Assembly (NCBI GenBank): GCA_949298975.1
Contig: CASFYR010000062.1
Coordinates: 8 to 64,007, forward strand
Direction: 5' to 3'
From: an uncultured Bacillota bacterium
GTDB lineage: Bacteria > Bacillota_I > Bacilli_A > Erysipelotrichales > Erysipelotrichaceae
DNA: 64,000 nt
Position numbers and translations under genes: made by a program. The first letter of the stretch is position 1; each line of letters begins with the position of its first letter. Of the stretch, positions 40,820-48,161 are shown piece after piece. The notes beneath the pieces are model-generated. The model made no database searches. It was given only the letters and a program-made list of their open reading frames with translations, and was not told where the DNA came from.

Positions 40820-42229
40820 ATGGCATTTTTTCTTGGCTGGCTGGCCTTTATTATTACTTTGAGTACTCTTTGGGCCTTTGACTATTTTGGTCTGTCGTGT
40901 TTTGAACAGATCGTTTTTCATCTGAAAGTACCGTTAGAAGGCGCTAACCCGGCCTTTATTAAAGATTGGTTCAGGATCTGTCTTTTTAAATCGCTGATCG
41001 GATTAATGATCTATGCCCTGATCTTAGATCAGATTGACCGGTCATATCGGATGGTTATTGCCTTAAGTATTCTTACCGTTTGTTTAATTTATTGTGCGTT
41101 TAAGATCGGTCTGATCCGCTATCTTACCGATCAGTTTCGCAATAGCGATCTTTATGAACAGGAGTATAGTGATCCAAATAAAATCAAGATTGCTTTTCCG
41201 GCCAAAAAACGCAATATCATTCACATATTTGCCGAATCGATGGAAGCTACCTACTTTCTGAAAGAAGATGGCGGCAACAGCAGTGAAAATATTATCGCAC
41301 CTCTGGCAAAACTAGCTAAAGAGAATATCAGTTTTTCAAACGGCGATCTTTTGGGCGGCGGCAATGTGTTAAAAGGAACCGGCTATACCACGGCCGGGAT
41401 CGCTTCGCAGCACGGCGGTATCCCTTTGTTTGTGCCGTTGTTTTATCCTTCGTTTAAAAAAGGACGTTCATTTTATCATGGCGCCAAGACCCTGGAAGAT
41501 ATTTTAAAAGATGAAGGCTATGCCCAGGAATTCATTATCGGCTCAAAAGCCAAGTTTGGCGGCCGGGAATTTTATTTTGATGATCACGGTAATGCGAAGA
41601 TCTTTGATCTTGATCAGGCGAAAAAAGAAGGATTGCTGGATAAAGATTATCATGTGTTCTGGGGCTATGAAGATGCTAAATTGTTCGCTTTTGCCCAAGA
41701 GGAGATCACGAAACTAAGTCAAGGGGATAAGCCATGGAGCGCGACGATATTGACTGTTGATACCCATCACCCATACGGCTATCTGGATAGCGATGTTCCG
41801 CATTTATATTCTGATCGCCTTTCAGACATCATAGCCATGAGTGCTGAAAGGATTGCCGGGTTTATTGAATGGGCCAAGAGCCAGTCCTGGTATGATGATA
41901 CCCTGATCGTGATCAGCGGCGATCATACCAGCATGGCGGCTGAGTATATTCACAAACATTACGATCGGCAATATGAGCGGACTTTTATCAATATCTTTAT
42001 CAACAGTACCGCTAAAAGCGAACATTTTAAAAACCGCCGCTTTGCATCTTTTGATATGTATCCGACGATCCTCAGCGCTTTAGGAGCGCAGATAGAGAGC
42101 GGAAGACTGGGTCTGGGCACCGATCTTTTTTCTGATAGAAAAACCCTGCTGGAGCGTCAGGGCATGGACAGACTGCAGAAGGAACTTACCAAAAGATCAA
42201 AGTACTACGAAAAAAAGATCCTGCAATAA
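40820..42229 (+). CDS. LTA-synthase/sulfatase-family (alkaline-phosphatase superfamily) membrane protein, short form
   Basis: 3 N-terminal TM segments and an extracellular sulfatase-like domain (IFAESMEATY, TVDTHHPYG, SGDH). Confidence 0.75.
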   Translation: MAFFLGWLAFIITLSTLWAFDYFGLSCFEQIVFHLKVPLEGANPAFIKDWFRICLFKSLIGLMIYALILDQIDRSYRMVIALSILTVCLIYCAFKIGLIRYLTDQFRNSDLYEQEYSDPNKIKIAFPAKKRNIIHIFAESMEATYFLKEDGGNSSENIIAPLAKLAKENISFSNGDLLGGGNVLKGTGYTTAGIASQHGGIPLFVPLFYPSFKKGRSFYHGAKTLEDILKDEGYAQEFIIGSKAKFGGREFYFDDHGNAKIFDLDQAKKEGLLDKDYHVFWGYEDAKLFAFAQEEITKLSQGDKPWSATILTVDTHHPYGYLDSDVPHLYSDRLSDIIAMSAERIAGFIEWAKSQSWYDDTLIVISGDHTSMAAEYIHKHYDRQYERTFINIFINSTAKSEHFKNRRFASFDMYPTILSALGAQIESGRLGLGTDLFSDRKTLLERQGMDRLQKELTKRSKYYEKKILQ

Positions 42230-42252
42230 GATGGGTGATGCCCATCTTTTTT
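42229..42252 (+). terminator. Intrinsic terminator
   Basis: AGATGGG-tgatg-CCCATCT followed by T5. Confidence 0.75.
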
Positions 42253-42299
42253 AAATTTTAAGTTGCACCGGCATAAAAAATAATTATAATTTTAAAAGT

Positions 42300-43619
42300 A
42301 TGAAAAAAAGCTTGTTCGCTTACATCTGGCCGATTTTTATTGAATTGCTGTTACAATTACTGGTATCAAATATCGATAAGATCATGGTCAATTCCATTTC
42401 TGATACAGCGGTCAGTTCGGTGGCAAATGCTACCACGGTTTTGGATGTTGTAGTAATTGCCTTTACTGTCATCTCGCTTTCGATCACAATCTTGGCTTCG
42501 CAGTATTTTGGCCGCAATGACCATATAAGGATCGCTCAGGTCTATTCAATGGGGATCCTGATCACCGGGGTGGTCGCTGTTTTGGTATCGTTAATCCTGC
42601 TTTTAAGTGCCGGAATGATCTTTGAAGCCATCCGGGTTCCATCTGAATGTTATGAAGGCAGTGTGATCTATCTGAATATCGTAGCCGGCGGACTGTTGTT
42701 TCAGGGAGTCTATAACGCTTATGTAGCCATCTTCCGGACACAGGGATGGATGAAACAGACAATGGCCGTCTCGGCCGGAGTTAATATCCTTAATACGGTC
42801 GGCAATTTCTTTTTGATCTATGGTTTTGCGTTTATTCCATCTTTGGGGGTGGCCGGGGCTGCAATTTCTTCGGTCTTTTCGCGTTTTATCGGTTTACTGG
42901 TGCTGATATATATCTTTAATCGCCGTTCAGCGATCAGGATCGATTTTTCCCTGCTTAGACCCTGGCCGAACCAGCTGTTTAAGACGATGCTTTATGTCGG
43001 GCTGCCAAGCGGCGGAGAAGCTCTGTCATACAGCGCTTCCCAAATGGTCATCCTTAGTTTTGTCAACCTTTTAGGCAACGCCATGATCAAGCTGCGCAGC
43101 TTTGCCAATATGTTTCAGATGTGTGCATATATGTTCGGTTCAGCAGTTTCACAGGCGTCGCAGATCATCGTCGGTTATCTGATCGGCAAGGGCGAAAAAG
43201 ACCAGGCAGATAAAGAAGTCAGAAAAACCTTGATATTATCCGTTGTTATCTCGGCGGGAGCGAGCTTTCTGTTCTATCTTTTTTCCGATCAGGTATTTGG
43301 CTTCTTTATTGATGATCCATCTTTACTGGCGGTAGCGAAACAGATCATGCTGGTAGAGGTGGTACTGGAATCGTCCAGGGCAGTCAATATGACTTTGGTC
43401 AGATGTCTGCAAGCCAGCGGCGATACCCTTTATCCGACGTTCATCGGTATATTATCAATGTGGGGCGTTGCGACCCTTTTGGCGTATGTATTTGGCATCT
43501 GGTTAAAAATGGGTCTTTTGGGCGTCTGGATTGCCATGTGTCTTGATGAGACTTTACGGGCGATAATCTTCCTGATTCGCTGGTTCTCTGGCAAGTGGCG
43601 CAAGCGGCAATTATTATAG
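42300..43619 (+). CDS. MATE-family efflux transporter
   Basis: 439 aa, 12-TM pattern, MatE-type repeats. Confidence 0.85.
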   Translation: MKKSLFAYIWPIFIELLLQLLVSNIDKIMVNSISDTAVSSVANATTVLDVVVIAFTVISLSITILASQYFGRNDHIRIAQVYSMGILITGVVAVLVSLILLLSAGMIFEAIRVPSECYEGSVIYLNIVAGGLLFQGVYNAYVAIFRTQGWMKQTMAVSAGVNILNTVGNFFLIYGFAFIPSLGVAGAAISSVFSRFIGLLVLIYIFNRRSAIRIDFSLLRPWPNQLFKTMLYVGLPSGGEALSYSASQMVILSFVNLLGNAMIKLRSFANMFQMCAYMFGSAVSQASQIIVGYLIGKGEKDQADKEVRKTLILSVVISAGASFLFYLFSDQVFGFFIDDPSLLAVAKQIMLVEVVLESSRAVNMTLVRCLQASGDTLYPTFIGILSMWGVATLLAYVFGIWLKMGLLGVWIAMCLDETLRAIIFLIRWFSGKWRKRQLL

Positions 43620-43681
43620 TTTTTAGGCATATACTATTCTGATTTCGGTATGGTAGAATAAGGACAGGAGGAATAGTATTA

Positions 43682-44869
43682 ATGGATGTAAATGTACGTT
43701 ATTATTTAAGCATGAATTCCGATGTGGAAAAGAGGAATGAAGATAATTATGCTTTTTTAAGACGGATCGGCGATAAAGCCGGAATTGTTTTTCATTTAGA
43801 GGATCATGTCGCTCTTGCGCCGGAAGTAGTCTTTGTCGGCGGCGGCGGCGTTGAAGGCAACTTCAAAAGGACAATGGGGGATCTTAAAGATCCGATCATA
43901 ATTTTAACCAGCGGAGAAAATAACTCGCTGGCGGCTTCGATGGAAATCTTATCATATTTAGAAAACGAAGGCCGTAAAGGCGTTATCGTCCATGGCAGCG
44001 AAGATGACATGGCTGAATCTTTAAATAATATGATTGCGGCCAAGCGTGCTATCAACCGAATAGCGAACATGCGTCTGGGACAGGTAGGCAAACCGTCTGA
44101 CTGGCTGATCTCTTCCGATGTTGATGCCGTCAAGCTCAAAGCGGTATCGGGTATGGAGATCGTCGATATCACGACGGAAGAATTCTTCGAAGAAGTCAAG
44201 AAGAAGACTTACGAAGATAATGAATATACTCTGGATCTTAAAAAACATGAATTTGATAAAGACGAATTGGAAAAAGCATTATGTATCTATGGCGCTTTAA
44301 AACGGCTCAAGGATAAATATCAGTTAGATGCTATGACGGTTCGCTGTTTTGATCTTTTGACCCCGTTTAAAAACACCGGCTGTCTGGGATTAGCGATTCT
44401 TAATGCCGAGGGGATTTACGGCGGTTGTGAAGGCGATATGCAGTCGCTTTTGTCGATGGTCATTATTGGCGAGATTTCGCAAAAACCGGTCTTTATGTGC
44501 AATCCAAGCCGGATCGATACGACCAATAAAAATATTATCCTGGCTCACTGTACTTTACCGGTCAATATGCCGACTGAGTATAAACTGATGACTCATTATG
44601 AATCAGGTCTTGGCGTAGCGCTAAAAGGACATATTGCCGAAGGAGAAGCAACGATTTTTAAGTGCAGCAAAGATCTGTCGCGCCATTTCGTAAAGAAAGG
44701 CGAGATCACAGCTAATCTTGATGAAGAAGCGCTATGCCGTACTCAAATCGTTCTGCATCTTGAGGATGGCCTCGACTATTTCACGACTAAACCGATCGGC
44801 AATCACCATCTGGTGGTAAACGGCGATTATGCCAAAGCAGTGGAAGAGTTCTTTAAATTACTTGATTGA
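43682..44869 (+). CDS. L-fucose/L-arabinose isomerase-like family protein (tentative)
   Basis: 395 aa. VRCFDL, GCEGDM, AHCTLP and GNHH motif spacing resembles the metal-binding core of FucI/AraA-like sugar isomerases. No sugar transporter or kinase adjacent. Confidence 0.5.
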   Translation: MDVNVRYYLSMNSDVEKRNEDNYAFLRRIGDKAGIVFHLEDHVALAPEVVFVGGGGVEGNFKRTMGDLKDPIIILTSGENNSLAASMEILSYLENEGRKGVIVHGSEDDMAESLNNMIAAKRAINRIANMRLGQVGKPSDWLISSDVDAVKLKAVSGMEIVDITTEEFFEEVKKKTYEDNEYTLDLKKHEFDKDELEKALCIYGALKRLKDKYQLDAMTVRCFDLLTPFKNTGCLGLAILNAEGIYGGCEGDMQSLLSMVIIGEISQKPVFMCNPSRIDTTNKNIILAHCTLPVNMPTEYKLMTHYESGLGVALKGHIAEGEATIFKCSKDLSRHFVKKGEITANLDEEALCRTQIVLHLEDGLDYFTTKPIGNHHLVVNGDYAKAVEEFFKLLD

Positions 44870-44874
44870 ATCAT

Positions 44875-44901
44875 AACAGCGGTCAAACGGCCGCTGTTTT
44901 T
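44875..44901 (+). terminator. Intrinsic terminator
   Basis: AACAGCGG-tcaaacgg-CCGCTGTT followed by TTT. Confidence 0.8.
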
Positions 44902-44941
44902 ATGTCTTAAGTAAATATGTTATCATAATGGTGGAGTAAAA

Positions 44942-47494
44942 ATGAAACCGATTGAAGAATATGCCTTTATGCAAGAAGATGAGCTCTACGCTAAGCTGAA
45001 AACTTCTGCCGAAGGACTTAAAAGCAGCGATGTAGAAAAACGTGCCAGTCGTTTAGATAACGGCGGCCCGTATTTTACTTTAGGATGGTGTTTATACCGA
45101 TCTTTTGTCAATCCTTTTACGATCGCGCTTTTGGTAATGGCAATTATTCTGCTGGTGAAAGATCTTCTGATACAAGCTGATTTCAGGCAAAACTACCCGG
45201 TCCTAATCATCCTCAGCATGTTTTTTGCCGGTGGCAGTCTTCGGCTCTATCAGGAATTAAAGACCAGAAAAACACTGAGGCATCTAAATGAAATTACCAA
45301 AGAAACAGCAACGGTTAAAAGAGACGGCGTTTGGCAAAAGACAGCAGCGACAGAATTATGCGCCGGCGATATCGTTAAGATCAAAAAAGGAGACCGTCTG
45401 AAAGCTGATATCAGAATCCTTGCCGCTTTTGATCTTTATATGTCGCAGTCGGCAATCACCGGTGAAAGCAAGATCATCAAGAAAACGGCGCAGCCGGAGG
45501 AACAAAGACGAGAGCGGATAAGCGATTACGAAAATATCGCCTTGAAAGAAAGCGTCGTAATCAGCGGCAGAGGGACCGGAGTGGTGCTTGATATTGCCGA
45601 TCGGGATCCTTTGATTAATAATGATCGAAAAATGAAAGATAGCTTTGACAAGGAAGCACAGATGGCCATTCGCGTCTTATTGCGGTTTGCTGCTGTTTTG
45701 CTGCCGTCTGTGCTGATAATCCTTTTCATCGGCCATCAGGAATTGCTGACCTCCGGTTTGTTTGTCCTGTCAATTGGCGTAGGGCTGATACCGGAACTCT
45801 TGCCAATGGTGGTCGCTGCGTGTTTGAGCCGCGGAGCTGAAAGGTTAAGCCGGCAGGGAGTAATCGTTAAAGACCTTAACGCTATGCATGCTTTAGGCAA
45901 TATTGATATCCTTTGTGTTGATAAGACCGGTACATTGACTAATGATGAGATCAGTTTAGAATATTATCTGGATATTTTAGGGCGGGATAGTGAACGGACG
46001 CTGCAGTATGCTTTGCTCAACAGTTATTTTTTAGCTGACCGCAATTATTTGGATGAAGCATTAATCAAGGTTTTAAGCATTCCGGATAAAGGCGAAAAAT
46101 ATCGGCGGCTGGCTGAGCGTTACCAACCGGCCGATCTGGTTCCTTACGACTCTTATCGCCGTTATGCCAGAGTCGATCTGAACGACGGATCAAATTTTTT
46201 GAGCATTATCAAAGGGCAGACGACCGCAGTCTTGAACCGTTGCCGTTATGCGGAGTACCGCGGCGAGAGGATCCCGCTTCATTTTAATGACGCTATGGCC
46301 TTGCATAACGAACTGGCAAAAGATGGGATGAAAGTAGCGGCGGTAGCTTACAAAGATCGAGCTGACGGCGCTGATGACGATTATGTTTTATTAGGCTATA
46401 TCGCTTTCTTTGACACGGTAAAAAAAGAGGCGGCACAGGCGATAGCCGGTTTGCAGGAATTGAATGTCCGGGTAGTTATCATGAGCGGTGATGAAGCCGA
46501 AGTAACAAAAGCCGTAGCCCGAAAACTCGGTATTAAGGCTGAAAGAACGGTGGTCTTAAACCGTAATGATGATAAGGATCTAGCTTTGATGATGGAAGAA
46601 GTTCGGGTCATTGCGGAAATGCTGCCGGACGAAAAGGCTGATATGATCAAACTGTTGCAGGATAACGGGCATAAGGTCGCTTATCTGGGTGATGGATTAA
46701 ATGATCTGGCTGGAGCAAGAAGGGCGGATGTGGCGATCGCTGTTGACAATGCTGCTCCTGTTATGTATCAAAGCGCGGATATTATTCTTTTGAACCGCGA
46801 CCTCAGATTGATGGCACAGGGGATCATCGAGGGCAGACGTTCGTTTGCCAACATGACCAAGTATATCAAGATCACGGCATCCAGTAACTTCGGCAATATT
46901 CTGGCGGTAGCTGTTTCGGCTCTTTTCTTGCCGTTTTTGCCGATGACCGGCTTACAGCTGCTGCTGCTCAACCTTTTGTATGATGCACTTTGTCTGATTA
47001 TGCCTTGGGATAATGTTGATAACAGCGTCTTAAAAGAACCGGTATCCTGGAGCAGACGCTCACTGTCCCGCTTTATTTGCTGGTTTGGGCCGCTCAGCAC
47101 GGTTTTTGACCTGCTGACCTTTATTTTCCTATTTAAGACCGTATGCCCATGGGTGATCACTAAGTATCATCTCGATCCCGCCCAGTTTTTGCCGATCTTT
47201 CAGACCGGTTGGTTTTTAGAGTCGATGTGGACTCAGATCATGATACTGTATTTTTTAAGAACTGCCGCTGTACCGTTTGTTCAAAGCCGGCCATCTTTGC
47301 CTTTTTTGTTCGTAACGCTGGTAGGAATAACTCTTTATACCATCCTGACGATCACACCGCTGGGCCGACTGTTTGGGCTGGTGATCATGCCGGGCTGGTA
47401 TTATATTTATCTTTTTGGCAATATGATCCTGTATGGACTTTTGGTATCCTGGGCCAAACGGGTGTATTGCCGCAAGGAAGGACGATTGTTGTGA
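44942..47494 (+). CDS. MgtA-type (P3B) P-type ATPase paralog with diverged nucleotide/hinge motifs
   Basis: TGES, CVDKTGTLT and the MgtA-specific PFLPM..LLLLNLLYD..PWDNVD present. Hinge is SGDE instead of TGDN, and GDGLNDLAGARRAD replaces GDGINDA(P/S)A. 850 aa. Confidence 0.85.
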   Translation: MKPIEEYAFMQEDELYAKLKTSAEGLKSSDVEKRASRLDNGGPYFTLGWCLYRSFVNPFTIALLVMAIILLVKDLLIQADFRQNYPVLIILSMFFAGGSLRLYQELKTRKTLRHLNEITKETATVKRDGVWQKTAATELCAGDIVKIKKGDRLKADIRILAAFDLYMSQSAITGESKIIKKTAQPEEQRRERISDYENIALKESVVISGRGTGVVLDIADRDPLINNDRKMKDSFDKEAQMAIRVLLRFAAVLLPSVLIILFIGHQELLTSGLFVLSIGVGLIPELLPMVVAACLSRGAERLSRQGVIVKDLNAMHALGNIDILCVDKTGTLTNDEISLEYYLDILGRDSERTLQYALLNSYFLADRNYLDEALIKVLSIPDKGEKYRRLAERYQPADLVPYDSYRRYARVDLNDGSNFLSIIKGQTTAVLNRCRYAEYRGERIPLHFNDAMALHNELAKDGMKVAAVAYKDRADGADDDYVLLGYIAFFDTVKKEAAQAIAGLQELNVRVVIMSGDEAEVTKAVARKLGIKAERTVVLNRNDDKDLALMMEEVRVIAEMLPDEKADMIKLLQDNGHKVAYLGDGLNDLAGARRADVAIAVDNAAPVMYQSADIILLNRDLRLMAQGIIEGRRSFANMTKYIKITASSNFGNILAVAVSALFLPFLPMTGLQLLLLNLLYDALCLIMPWDNVDNSVLKEPVSWSRRSLSRFICWFGPLSTVFDLLTFIFLFKTVCPWVITKYHLDPAQFLPIFQTGWFLESMWTQIMILYFLRTAAVPFVQSRPSLPFLFVTLVGITLYTILTITPLGRLFGLVIMPGWYYIYLFGNMILYGLLVSWAKRVYCRKEGRLL

Positions 47495-47504
47495 GGAGGA
47501 GCAA

Positions 47505-47975
47505 ATGAAAAAGAAAATAACCATGTTTACCCTTGATCAATCGTTTCGTGAATGGCTCATGCAAGCGCTAGACAGGGATTCGCGGCAATTTGCCGATCTG
47601 CGGACCGCTCTGGGGGAAGAAGAGGAAATGATGATCGTTATCAAGGAAGATTTAAAGACCAGACACCCGTCTTTTATCGCGCTGGGCGAGATAAAAATCT
47701 ATCCATCGGCATATAAAGTTACCAAAAGAGGGCAAGAGATAAACCTTACCGCCAAAGAATTTGAATTATTACTGTTTTTGATCGAAAATCGGGGCGAGGT
47801 CTTTACGAAAGAAAAGATTTATGAGGCAGTCTGGGGCCAGTCGTATATTGCCGATGACAGCAATGTGATGTCCTTTATCCGAAAAATCAGAAAAAAGATT
47901 GAGGATGATCCGGACGATCCGTTATACATCTTAACGGTCTGGGGCATAGGGTATAAATTCAACGATGAACTGTAG
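47505..47975 (+). CDS. Receiver-less OmpR/PhoB-type winged-helix DNA-binding protein
   Basis: The C-terminal ~100 aa form a Trans_reg_C domain (LTAKEFELLLFLIENRGEVFTKEKIYEAVWG...VWGIGYKF). The N-terminal ~55 aa have no receiver Asp pocket. GAGGAGGAG SD overlaps the upstream stop. The ORF-track start 47433 lies inside the ATPase gene. Confidence 0.75.
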   Translation: MKKKITMFTLDQSFREWLMQALDRDSRQFADLRTALGEEEEMMIVIKEDLKTRHPSFIALGEIKIYPSAYKVTKRGQEINLTAKEFELLLFLIENRGEVFTKEKIYEAVWGQSYIADDSNVMSFIRKIRKKIEDDPDDPLYILTVWGIGYKFNDEL

Positions 47976-47976
47976 T

Positions 47977-47997
47977 ATCGCAAGAAAATCGCAAGAA
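47977..47997 (+). repeat. Tandem direct repeat ATCGCAAGAA x2 with 11-bp phasing (candidate OmpR-family binding site)
   Basis: ATCGCAAGAA-a-ATCGCAAGAA, starting 2 nt after the wHTH stop codon and 9 nt upstream of the mgtA -35. Confidence 0.5.
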
Positions 47998-47999
47998 TT

Positions 48000-48034
48000 C
48001 ATCCATTGGATGAAAACGGCGATTTTTTTATAAT
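48000..48034 (+). promoter_or_regulatory. mgtA promoter with a palindrome over the -35
   Basis: TTGGAT-N17-TATAAT. The perfect inverted repeat CATCCA-t-TGGATG (48000-48012) covers the -35. Confidence 0.5.
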
Positions 48035-48059
48035 TACGGAGGAAAGAAAGGAGAAAGAT

Positions 48060-48146
48060 ATGGATACTGACGGCAGTAGACGAAAACGCAGCTTGATCCT
48101 GACGGAAGATCCGTATCTTTCGTCGGGATTTTGTCTGCCTTTGTAA
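48060..48146 (+). CDS. Candidate 28-codon leader ORF upstream of mgtA
   Basis: AAGGAG SD 6 nt upstream. MDTDGSRRKRSLILTEDPYLSSGFCLPL. Encloses the attenuator hairpin. Its stop abuts the mgtA SD. Confidence 0.35.
   Translation: MDTDGSRRKRSLILTEDPYLSSGFCLPL
48096..48133 (+). terminator. Leader attenuator/terminator hairpin upstream of mgtA
   Basis: ATCCTGACGGAAGAT-ccgt-ATCTTTCGTCGGGAT (15 bp, 2 GU) followed by TTTTGTCT. Lies entirely inside the leader ORF. Confidence 0.5.
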
Positions 48147-48161
48147 AAGGAGGTAAACAAA

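Noticed and set aside
47433-47504. N-terminal extension of the wHTH ORF
   Set aside because: It lies wholly inside the 3' end of the upstream ATPase gene in another frame. A GAGGAGGAG SD precedes ATG 47505.
47976-48161. M-box (ykoK) Mg2+ riboswitch upstream of mgtA, and likewise upstream of corA (61058-61331)
   Set aside because: Each leader is only about 120-135 nt, is occupied by an SD-preceded short ORF, and shows none of the long three-helix M-box core sequence that I can recognise. A covariance-model scan would be decisive.
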